Source: Octopus bimaculoides
Lineage: Eukaryota
Assembly (NCBI RefSeq): GCF_001194135.2
Contig: NC_068981.1
Coordinates: 85,622,152 to 85,686,151, forward strand
Length of the DNA: 64,000 nt
Reading direction: 5' to 3'
Positions 14,000 to 25,230 of this stretch are shown in pieces (position 1 is the first letter of the stretch; each line of letters starts with the position of its first letter). Below the pieces are notes generated by a model. It saw only the letters and a list, made by a program, of their open reading frames with translations, did not search any database and was not told the origin of the DNA. Both the position numbers and the translations under genes were made by a program.

Positions 14000-14235
14000 T
14001 TCCTGGGAGGGTCATGGGGATACAATCCCCAGGCACCTCTTCCATAGGGTCCTACAACAAGCAGCCATCATTACGCTTTCCAGATGGATTTCCAAGCATG
14101 ACCAACTAAGTCTATAGATATTATCCAAACATTTCGTTCTTGGTCTACTCCAAGGTCTCTTGCTGGTTAGCTTGGCTTGAAGAATCCATCTTGCAATTCT
14201 TTCTTGCAACATTCTACTCACATAACTGGAGCCAT
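14000..14235 (-). mobile_element. RTE LINE 3' end remnant
   Basis: RMLQERIARWILQAKLTSKRPWSRPRTKCLDNIYRLSWSCLEI. Confidence 0.7.
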
Positions 14236-14534
14236 GTAGTGTAATACATCTATTCTGCAGTGAAATCCAGATTTTGTTTCTGATGGGAACTGTTTCACTA
14301 TCTCCACTAATGCCTTTGAGAAATACAAGACATCACAACTCAAAAGTAAATAAAGAACTGATTATTCATTGATGAAAGCTCAAGTAATTCAGTATTATTC
14401 ATTTGTCATTCACTTTTTGTATATTCTGGCTGCCCTTCAAACTATAAATCACTCAGTTCTATATTTTTAAGAGATGAGGAATTATGTACATAATTTACAT
14501 TTGACGGATATTTGTCCTCATCTTGTTTATTGTT

Positions 14535-14580
14535 AACACAATGTTTCAGCTGATATACCCTCCAGCCTTCATCAGGTGTC
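14535..14580 (-). ncRNA. Minimal hammerhead-ribozyme-like motif in PLE terminal repeat
   Basis: GACAC CTGATGA a GGCTG gagggtatat CAGCT GAAAC att GTGTT: core boxes, stem II and stem I present; helix III essentially absent. Confidence 0.6.
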
Positions 14581-15647
14581 TTAGGGAAAATTTCGAACCT
14601 GGGTTCCCATTCCTAAGGTATTTTTTCATTGTTGTTGTTATTATTATTATCATTATTATTCAGGTCACTGCCTGGTATCGAACTCAGAATCGTGGAGTTA
14701 GTAGCCCGTGCTCTTAACCACTATGCCATATGCCGGTGAGCAATTATGGAGTGAATTTTAGGGCTTATAAATCCTATCCTTCCTTAATACTGGTTCCCAT
14801 ATGCTATTCATGGAATTATCACTCTGTAGTCTTTCGATAGCGAACTTTTCTTCCTTAGTGATGGTTGGTTTGGGAAGTTTCGCTTTTTCCAGTACCTGTC
14901 TCACTTTCCACCTTAGCTCATCTCCCTGAGCTTTTGGTATCTTTATGGCTATCTCTTGTGTCCAAGTATGGAATGCGACTTTTCTAGATCTTGTTGGATT
15001 CTCTTTCTATCATCATCTCTGGTTATTTTCCTAAGCAATGAAGATAACCTCTCTTTCATTTCGTTATTTAGTTGATGTTTTTTCCAACGGTTATAATGGA
15101 TACTCTCACNNNNNNNNNNNNNNNNNNNNNNNNNNNNNNNNNNNNNNNNNNNNNNNNNNNNNNNNNNNNNNNNNNNNNNNNNNNNNNNNNNNNNNNNNNN
15201 NNNNNNNNNNNNNNNNNNNNNNNNNNNNNNNNNNNNNNNNNNNNNNNNNNNNNNNNNNNNNNNNNNNNNNNNNNNNNNNNNNNNNNNNNNNNNNNNNNNN
15301 NNNNNNNNNNNNNNNNNNNNNNNNNNNNNNNNNNNNNNNNNNNNNNNNNNNNNNNNNNNNNNNNNNNNNNNNNNNNNNNNNNNNNNNNNNNNNNNNNNNN
15401 NNNNNNNTAGATGATTTGAAAGCCGAGCTAGTTTTTGATGGAGTTTCTCTATATGTCTCCATTGAAGTCTAATGTCGGCTCCGTACCGATTAGATAATAC
15501 AGCTCTATATTTAAGAGATGAGGAATTATGTACATTATTTACATTTGACGGATATTTGTCCTCCTCCTTAGCAGCAGCAGCAGCAGCACCACCACCACCA
15601 AAGAAAAAAACCTTAGGAATGAGAACCCAGGTTCGAAATTTCCCCAA

Positions 15648-15690
15648 GACACCTGATGAAAGCTGGAGAGTATATCAGCCAAAACGTGTT
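15648..15690 (+). ncRNA. Degenerate hammerhead-like motif (GAAA->AAAA)
   Basis: GACAC CTGATGA aaGCTG..CAGCc AAAAC GTGTT. Confidence 0.45.
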
Positions 15691-16176
15691 AACAACAAAC
15701 AAGATAAGGACAAATATCCGTCAAATGTAAATAACATATACAAATCATTCAGTTGTAAAGTTGACAAATGTACAACAAATTTCATGCTTTAACATAATAA
15801 TGATCTTTAGTATTCATTAGTATCGACAGGTTTAAAATGATTGAATATATATATTAACACTGGCAACTACTGATAATATCAAGTTTGCAGAATGGCTGAC
15901 TGTATAATGCATTCTATCAACTCATACAATGAAAGACATTTCATGGAGTATCTTATAGGTCTTGGTTGACTAAGATATCAGAAGAGGTAACAGATTTTCT
16001 GAGAATGTTACTTGTGATAGACAAGTATCATATCAAAGAGAGGATTTACTTTTTAACCAGCTAACATTTCAAAACTAAAGTAAAAACGAGCACCTATGAA
16101 CCACTGAGGGCTCTCAAAGGTTAATCAGTTTGTGTCTTTTTACTTTTAGTGTTTTTAAATTATGTAAAATAGCTTT

Positions 16177-17942
16177 ATCATCATCATCATCATCATCGTT
16201 TAACGTCCACTTTCCATGCTAGCATGGGTTGGACGATTTGACTGAGGACTGGTGAAACCGGATGGCAACACCAGGCTCCAATCTAATTTGGCAGAGTTTC
16301 TACAGCTGGATGCCCTTCCTAACGCCAACCACTCAGAGAGTGTAGTGGGTGCTTTTACGTGTCACCCGCACGAAAACGGCCACGCTCGAAATGGTGTCTT
16401 TTATGTGCCNNNNNNNNNNNNNNNNNNNNNNNNNNNNNNNNNNNNNNNNNNNNNNNNNNNNNNNNNNNNNNNNNNNNNNNNNNNNNNNNNNNNNNNNNNN
16501 NNNNNNNNNNNNNNNNNNNNNNNNNNNNNNNNNNNNNNNNNNNNNNNNNNNNNNNNNNNNNNNNNNNNNNNNNNNNNNNNNNNNNNNNNNNNNNNNNNNN
16601 NNNNNNNNNNNNNNNNNNNNNNNNNNNNNNNNNNNNNNNNNNNNNNNNNNNNNNNNNNNNNNNNNNNNNNNNNNNNNNNNNNNNNNNNNNNNNNNNNNNN
16701 NNNNNNNNNNNNNNNNNNNNNNNNNNNNNNNNNNNNNNNNNNNNNNNNNNNNNNNNNNNNNNNNNNNNNNNNNNNNNNNNNNNNNNNNNNNNNNNNNNNN
16801 NNNNNNNNNNNNNNNNNNNNNNNNNNNNNNNNNNNNNNNNNNNNNNNNNNNNNNNNNNNNNNNNNNNNNNNNNNNNNNNNNNNNNNNNNNNNNNNNNNNN
16901 NNNNNNNNNNNNNNNNNNNNNNNNNNNNNNNNNNNNNNNNNNNNNNNNNNNNNNNNNNNNNNNNNNNNNNNNNNNNNNNNNNNNNNNNNNNNNNNNNNNN
17001 NNNNNNNNNNNNNNNNNNNNNNNNNNNNNNNNNNNNNNNNNNNNNNNNNNNNNNNNNNNNNNNNNNNNNNNNNNNNNNNNNNNNNNNNNNNNNNNNNNNN
17101 NNNNNNNNNNNNNNNNNNNNNNNNNNNNNNNNNNNNNNNNNNNNNNNNNNNNNNNNNNNNNNNNNNNNNNNNNNNNNNNNNNNNNNNNNNNNNNNNNNNN
17201 NNNNNNNNNNNNNNNNNNNNNNNNNNNNNNNNNNNNNNNNNNNNNNNNNNNNNNNNNNNNNNNNNNNNNNNNNNNNNNNNNNNNNNNNNNNNNNNNNNNN
17301 NGGTGTAGCCAGCCCACTTATGCGTACCTTTCTTTCATTGAACACTAAACTCCACTTGCGAAGACCTGTTGAGGCAAGTGAAATCGAAATCAAACTAAAT
17401 TCGATGACTGGCACCCATGCCAACGTCTCCTTCATTGGACACTAAACTCGGCTTGTGAAGACCTGTTGGGGCAAGTGAAAGCGAAATCGTGACAGCACCT
17501 GTACCAGTAGAGCGCTAAGAGCACCATCCGAGCGTGATCCTTGCTAGAGCAGCTGTCTGGCCTCCGCGCCAGTGGCACATAAATAACACCATTTGAGCGT
17601 AATCATTACCAGCATTGCCTTACTGGCACTTGTGCTAGTGGCACGTGAAAAGACATTTGAACAAGGTCATTGCCAGTGCCGCTGGACTGGCTCCTGTGCA
17701 GGTGGCACATAAAATACACCATTTTGAGCGTGGCCATTGCCAGTACCGCCTGACTGGCCTTCGTGCCGGAGGCACGTAAAAGCACCCACTACACTCTCAG
17801 AGTGGTTGGCATTAGGAAGGGCATCCAGCTGTAGAAACTCTGCCAAATCAGATTGGAGCCTAGCGTAGCCATCTGGTTCGCCAGTCCTCAGTCAAATCGT
17901 CCAACCCATGCTAGCATGGAAAGCGGACGCTAAAGGATGATG
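16177..17942. mobile_element. Two oppositely oriented (GAT)n-tailed SINE copies flanking an N gap; internal about 65-70 bp tandem units
   Basis: 16177-16409 is the reverse complement of 17761-17942. Family also at 1-250, 3950-4240, 22066-22230, 31185-31875, 36335-36790, 52905-53440 and 59080-60108. Confidence 0.9.
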
Positions 17943-19255
17943 AACATTGGCAATTTGTTTTGACAAAGACCTGATAAATTAAAAGCAATCAGGCAATGAA
18001 AGTGATCAATTCAAAATAATAATAAAGTTTTATATACATTTCCATAATAAAAAGAAAAACTATGATGTTCTGCATATAGTTCACTGACAAACTGACACAT
18101 ATTATTTATTCTTTTGTGCTTGTACAAACACTGCTGTTTAAGGATTCAACTACAAACAATGCAATGCCAACTTGGTATTCATCAAAACTAACACAGGACA
18201 AGACAAACCTATATCAGACATAGAAAATTTTTAAATGATAATAATAGTTTGAAATTTTGGCACAAAGACAGTAATTTTAAGGGAGCAGGTAAGTCAATTA
18301 CATCATCCCCAGTGTTCAACTGATACTTATTTTATCAATCCCAAAAGGATGAAAGACAAAGACAACATTAGGGGAATGTGAACTTCAGAACATTAAGACA
18401 GATGAAATGCTGTAAAGCATTTTGCCACATTATTATCATTATTAATAATAATGATAATAATGGTTTCAGATTTTGGCTCAAGGCCAGAAAGTTTGGGAGT
18501 CAATTATTTCAACCACAGTGTTAAACTGGTACTTATTTTATCAACCTCAAAAGGATGAAAAGTCAACTTTGGTGGAATTTGAACTCAGAACGTAAAGATA
18601 GACAAAATGCCACTAAGCATTTTGCTTGGCATGCTAATGATTCTGCCAGCTTGCAATGATAATAAGGGTTTTTTATTTTTTATTGGTTGACTGGTTATAA
18701 GGCCAATTTTTTTTATTATGAGAAAGTCAGCCTCATTATATTACTGGTACTTATTTTACAGATCCAGCTAATGTTCTTCAAAAACATGTATATGTTATTT
18801 CTCTGCTCTCTGTCACTTAAAATCTTATATCAATAAGTATACAAAAAAACAGATAAACAAGTAACATGAAAGCAAGACTAGTACCTTTACTTTTCATTAG
18901 AAATCTTACTGATCTGAGTTCAAATCATTCCAGAACTGAGTTTAATTTTCATTTGATCAGAGTTCAATAAGATAAATACCAGCAATATTTTTCAGCTAAC
19001 TCAAAGACAATCACACACCCATTTGAAAACAAAACTGGCTTTATGCCTATTCACAATAAATCAATATGGTTTCAATTCTGGAAGTGTTAGTGTTTTACAC
19101 TGGAAGTGTGTGGTTTGTTAATAGGGTGGAAATTAGGCATTCTTCCCATAAGGATGTTTGTCAAAATATGTAACAAAACTGGTTTTATTTGCAAACCATC
19201 TGATTATTAGTAATTTTCAGATTTAGCTTCATTATACATTTACATATATATGCAT

Positions 19256-19547
19256 ATAATAATCAATTAAAGAAACAGAAGATGGATTTAGTATTGGTCT
19301 TTATTTTGTATGACGATCATTTCAACCCATCCTGTGAGTGTCCCTTATGAGTGGGATTTTATGCATCATGTTGTGTTGCATCAATTTCACAGTCTGGGTC
19401 ATATCAGGTACTACAAAATTGATACAACACAACATGATGCATAAAATCCCACTCATAAAGGACACTCGCAGGATGGGTTGAAACAATCATTGTATAAAAT
19501 AAAGCCCAATACCAAATCCAGCTTCTGTTTCCTTAATCGATTATTAT
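19256..19547. repeat. Near-perfect 292-bp palindrome (MITE-like hairpin)
   Basis: Arms 19256-19387 and 19416-19547 are reverse complements; 28-nt loop. Confidence 0.92.
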
Positions 19548-19713
19548 TTCAACTAATGCTGCAGAATTCCTGAAGTAGATCCAATGGAAATATACCCCAA
19601 CTGCAGATGACACCAGGTAGCCTAAACCATGCCAGTGCTTTACTTTACACATCAATACACTAATTGACATATACCCATTAATCCAAAATATTACACACAA
19701 ACATATATATATA

Positions 19714-19749
<36 letters not shown>

Positions 19750-20553
19750 GAATGTTTGTATCTGTTTGCCTTGACATTGCATAAAAGTTGTCAATTAGTG
19801 TCCAGGTCACACAAGCAATGCCATTCATTTCCTGTAGCCTATGAGAACATGTCCAACAATCGGGAAATATTACCTTGCTTGCAAACAGCATCCAGTCATA
19901 GAAAATCTACACCAACAAATTAATCTGACCCATGCAAGCAGAGAAAAGTGGATGTTAAATTGTGGTAGTGGTGGGGGGAATCATCATCATCATCTAACAT
20001 CCATTTTTCCATTTTCCAGACAAATTTGTTGAAGCAGATTTTCTGTGGCTGGATGCCCTTCCTGACACCAATCTTCACCAGTTTCCAAGCAAAGTAATAT
20101 TTCCCCATGACCATGGCATGTGTTTCATAGAAGACTAGAAATGACATCACTTGTATAGTGGTGATCCTGTGATGTTAAGACAAGAGTACGCACACACACA
20201 CACACACATTTATATACAATGGATTTCTTCCAGTTACCATCTATGAAATCCACTCACAAGGCATTAGTTGGCCCAAGGCTAAAACAGAAAACACTCAACC
20301 AAGGTGTCTGTCACGCAATGGTATTGAACCTGAGATTACATAGTTAGGAAGCAAGCTTGTTTATCCCACAGCCACACTTGTGCCTAACTGATGATACTAT
20401 TGGCATTAATTGGTGAAATTTCTGATCTTTATTTTATTGATTCCAATGTTAGTTCCAGCAATTGAACTCAGAACAGTGACTACTTTGCTAAAACATCTGA
20501 AAGAAATGTAATCAGCATAAAAATAACCTTGAAAAACAAATAAAATAAAAACG

Positions 20554-20602
<49 letters not shown>

Positions 20603-21270
20603 TGCAGGCATGACAGTGTAATTAAAAGCTTGCTTCACAACTATATGGTTTTGAGTTCAGTCATACTGTGTGACATCTTGGGCAACTGTCTTATACTATT
20701 ACCTTAGGCTGGCTAAAGTCTTTTTAGCAGATTTGGGAGATGGGAACTGAAAGAAGCTCATCATTTCATCATTATCATCATTTAACATCCGCTGTCATGG
20801 GTTAGGCGATTTGGCTGGAACAGATATGTCAGAGAGCTGCACCAGGTTCCAGTCTGATTTGGCATGGTTCCTATGGCTGGTTTTTATGTGACACTGGCAT
20901 CAGCCACAACTACAGTTTAACCTGGTTTGATGAGTCTTGTGTGTGTGTGTGTGTGTGTGATTCCCCCCGCCCCACCACTTACCAACTGGTGTTGGTGTGT
21001 TTACATCCTTGTAACTTAGTGGTTCAGCAAAAGATACTGACAGAATAAGTAGTGCCTTGAAGTATTTTTAGCTGAATGAATTGACTAAAAATTCTTCAAA
21101 GCAATCCCCCAGCATGGCTGCAATCAAATGACTGAAACAAGTAAAGGATAAAAAAAAAGATATCAAAAATAATTTTTTTTGTTTTTTTAATTGCTTCCCC
21201 AGAGGAGGAAAAGCAGTAACCATGATCTTTATGACAGATAGCATATGGGGGTTTTTATCACTAATAGCAT

Positions 21271-21638
21271 GTGTTGGCACTCCGTCGAGGGTTCCAGTTG
21301 ATCAGATCAACGGAACAGCCTGCTCGTGAAATTAACATGCAAGTGGCTGAGCACTCCACAGACACGTGTACCCTTAACGTAGTTCTCAGGGATATTCAGC
21401 GTGACACAGTGTGACAAGGCTGACCCTTTGAATGACAGGCACAACAGATACAGGAAGAGTGAGAGAAAGTTGTGGTGAAAGAGTACAGCAGGGTTCGCCA
21501 CCATCCCCTGCCGGAGCCTCGTGGAGCTTTAGGTGTTTTCGCTCAATAAACACTCACAATGCCCGGTCTGGGAATCGAAACCGCGATCCTATGACCACGA
21601 GTCCACTGCCCTAACCACTGGGCCATTGCGCCTCCACG
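21271..21638 (-). mobile_element. tRNA-derived SINE with 11-bp TSD actaatagcat
   Basis: Head GTGGAGGCGCAATGGCCCAGTGGTTAGGGC..GGTTTCGATTCC; TSD at 21260-21270 and 21639-21649. Confidence 0.9.
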
Positions 21639-23650
21639 ACTAATAGCATATGGAAAGAGTAATCCTCAGCCCAGAGAACTGGCTTGAATGCTTTTAACAA
21701 TGGGGACTCTACTAAAGACCCGAGGTTACCAGACAGTGTTATATTAGGTGACAGATTAAGTCAACCACTCAAGAACAGTAACAATTGAATATCAAATGGC
21801 AAAGAAATTGGCAATCTTTTGGTTAAAGTAACCCAATAATGAAGGAGTTTGATTGGTAATTTCTGTACACAGGTTTATGTTTTGTGTATATACTATGTGT
21901 TTGTGTGTATGTGTATATATATATATGTTTGTGTAAGTACTATGTTTATGTATTTTTTGTGTAAATATGTATGTGTTTATGTTAGTATGTACGTATATTT
22001 GCGTAAGTATATGTATGTGTTTATGTGCGTGTATGTATGGGTATACACAAATATACATACATATGCACTCTTGGAGTGGTTGGCGTTAGGAAGGGCATCC
22101 AGCTGTAGAAACTCTGCCAAATCAGATTGGAGCCTGGTGTAGCCATCTGGTTCACCAGTCCTCAATCAAATCGTCCAACCCATGCTAGCATGGAAAGCGG
22201 ACGTTAAACGATGATGATGATGATGATGCACGAACGCATGATATATACACAAAAGATACATAAATATAAGCAATTCAGCTGAAAAAAAATTAAAGAAACA
22301 AAAATTTTGTACAGAAATTGCCAAACAAACACTTTCATTATTGTGCTACTTTAACCAAATGATTGCCAAGAAATCTCTTTAGATAAGAAACTCTTTTGTT
22401 TCTTTACTGACAGTAACTGACAAAATTTACTTGCAAAAAAAAAAAAAAATGTTCCTGTCTACTAAGTATGTGGATACAAAAATATGTGGAAACAAACTGA
22501 AAGAAGAAAAAAAAAGATTGCATTTAACCTTTTTTCTTTTATATCTCCATTGAAATACACTGCCTTTGTTTTAATTAATTTTGAAATTAATTAAGAATTT
22601 TATAAAATAAGCTTGTCATTATTAAACTGGTATTTAGAACATTAACATAAAATTTTGACAGGCTTCGACTTAGATCACTTTGAAACCTAAAATTTATTTC
22701 ACAGAACCAGAGATAGTTTCAGGTGCGTTGGAATAAAAAAAAAAAAGTTAAACTGCAGAGCATTAGATAAACCAATGACAGAGCCTCTACTGTCACTTGG
22801 CCTGATGGAAAAAAAAACCTCCATCAAATCATCTCCTACTCTCTTAAAAAAGAGAGTCACATCTGATAGCAATTGTCACATCACTAATGCTTTTGATCAT
22901 AGGTGTCCTCAATCAGGACTGACTTATGGTTAAACAACAACAACAACAAACAGGAAATTAAAGAAATATTTCACAATTCACAAAGTGTTAGAGCTTGTAC
23001 AGGAAATGTTAGGAACATCCCAACCCCCGCTGTCAAAATTGAAAAGTAAAGGACAGCAACAAGTATGTCAGTTGTAATGAATTAATTGGTGAACTAACAT
23101 TATACAATATTGNNNNNNNNNNNNNNNNNNNNNNNNNNNNNNNNNNNNNNNNNNNNNNNNNNNNNNNNNNNNNNNNNNNNNNNNNNNNNNATATATATAT
23201 ATATATATATATATAAGTATGCTAACCACTAGTTGAAATTGATATTATTTAATAATATTAGTTTCTATTCTTATTATTTAATTTCATATATCTGTGTTCT
23301 CTAGCCAGTTGATTCACTGCTGAATATAATTAATTTGCAGTTATTTTCTGGTTTAACGCGCTAGTACAAGGGGATTAGAATCGAAGTTTAAATACATGAT
23401 ATTGGAACTCTATTCATGTGTATAATTATTGAATTGTTCATGTTAGGAATGGAATTAAGTGCTATGTTTATTTCTTTTCTAAGTTGAGAACACGGATTTA
23501 GTGTTAAGATCGTTTGACGTTTATTTTTAGCATACAAGGGATCCAGAAAGTGATCTCTAATATTGTTTATATATATAGTTGTACAATATATTTACATTGT
23601 ACAATATATTTGCATTAGACGGATAGGTGTCCTCACCTTGTTTGTTGTTA

Positions 23651-23692
23651 CCACATTTCGGCTGATGTACTCTCCAGCCTTCATCAGGTGTC
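23651..23692 (-). ncRNA. Minimal hammerhead-like motif in PLE terminal repeat
   Basis: GACAC CTGATGA a GGCTG gagagtacat CAGCC GAAAT GTGG. Confidence 0.55.
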
Positions 23693-24871
23693 CTGGTGGA
23701 ATTTCAAAGCCAACCATTTACTGGAGTACTCTGTTCTCCTTTCTAAGGCATTTTTTACAAATGTTATTATTATTATTATTTATTCAAGTCACTGACTAGG
23801 ATTGAACCTAGAATCTTGGGATTAGCCCGCGCTCTTAACCACTATGCTATATACCCGTGGGCAATTATAGAGTGAATTTTAGGGCTTATAAACCTATTAT
23901 TTTTGTATCTTTCCTTAATACCAGTTCCCATATTCTGCTCATATCTGCACTAGGTCTGCTTAGGAGATTATTGTGTCCTAGCATATGTGCTGCCTATTTT
24001 AGTTTTTGTATTTTCCAGTGGTGTTCTCTGTCTATTATTTTAACTTCATCCCACAGGGGAAGGTGGTCTCTGTTTTTTCATACATGATCAGCAATACCCA
24101 ATTTTCCAATATCTCCTCATGTCACAGCTTTACGCTATTCCACTACCCTTATTTTGAGAGGGCAACATGTTTCACCTTTGTATAACCTACCACAACTGCA
24201 TGGGATGGAGTACACACAGTCTTTGTTCATATTCTCTTCTACTTGTGGTTTTACTCAAAGGAGATATTTGCGAAGTGTTGTATTACTCTTGAATACTGTC
24301 CTGATGTCATATGGACCACATATCTTTTGTATCTTTTCTGAGAGACCTTTCACATAGGGTAGACAGACTGTGGTCAGTTTATGGGTTTCATCTTCTCTCC
24401 TAATTGAAGTGGACACTGTATTTTTTGGGTACTTATTGCTTAACAGATTGTTAATTAGCTTGACCATTTCTTTGTGGTGTGTATCAGGATTGCTATTTAG
24501 ATTCTTTGCTCGATGTATACAAAAGTGAAACATGCTGCCTCCTCAAAATAAGGGCAGAGGAACATCGTAAAGCTGTGACATGAGGAGATATTGGAAAATT
24601 GGGTATTGCTGATCATATATGAAAAAACAGAGACCACCTTCCCCTGTGGGATGAAGTTAAAATAATAGACAGAGAACACCACTGGAAAATACGAAAACTA
24701 AAAGAAGCAGCACATATGCTAGGACACAATAACTTCCTAAGCAGATCTAGTGCAGATATGAATAGAATATGGGAACCGATATTAAGGAAAGATACAAAAA
24801 TAATAGGTTTATAAGCCTTAGGAATGAGAACAGAGTACCCCAGTAAATGGTTGGCTTCAAAATTCCACCAG

Positions 24872-24913
24872 GACACCTGATGAAGGCTGGAGAGTACATC
24901 AGCCAAAACGTGG
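24872..24913 (+). ncRNA. Degenerate hammerhead-like motif (GAAA->AAAA)
   Basis: GACAC CTGATGA a GGCTG gagagtacat CAGCC AAAAC GTGG. Confidence 0.45.
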
Positions 24914-25230
24914 TAACAACAAACAAGGTGAGGACACCTATCCATCCAATGTAAATATTATATATATNNNNNNNNNNTAATTATTTTTATTATATATCAA
25001 CCACAGATGGCTTATTTATAATCTAATGTTCATATTAACATTACACATCTTTTTTTTCTCTGATATTGTCACATACATTTTAATGTCAACTGCACACACA
25101 TGCTATAAAAGACTTACTTGCATTCACACACACATACACACCTGTTCCTCTGTATCATAATATGATGTTAGATATTTTTACAGCCTCTTCCACCAGATAA
25201 ATTTTTCTGCTCTCCTGTAACCAGCTATAT

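Larger units (their letters stand above)
14455..15735 (-). mobile_element. Penelope-like element, internally deleted, with partial tandem repeat and inverted terminal repeat
   Basis: N-terminal PLE ORF (KYRAVLSNRYGADIRLQWRHIEKLHQKLARLSNHL...ELRWKVRQVLEKAKLPKPTITKEEK) is joined to a C-terminal peptide (SIWEPVLRKD). 14459-14519 recurs as a direct repeat at about 15505-15560; an inverted copy of the repeat lies at 15610-15735. Confidence 0.85.
23590..24955. mobile_element. Penelope-like element 3' part (RT thumb + GIY-YIG) with inverted duplication
   Basis: Minus strand encodes VCLPYVKGLSEKIQKICGPYDIRTVFKSNTTLRKYLL, then GIY-YIG motifs (CVYSIPCSCG..YKGET). 24505-24955 is the reverse complement of about 23600-24160. 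Confidence 0.9.

Noticed and set aside
16252-17445. Long ORFs in the track (also 15038-15472, 30199-30768, 43680-44441, 46690-47726, 54306-54720)
   Set aside because: Artefacts of translating N gaps (poly-X).
21560-21638. tRNA-like sequences (also 14663-14734, 23788-23856, 43120-43190, 58395-58470)
   Set aside because: Acceptor stems do not pair and they are fused to SINE/PLE bodies; not called as tRNA genes.
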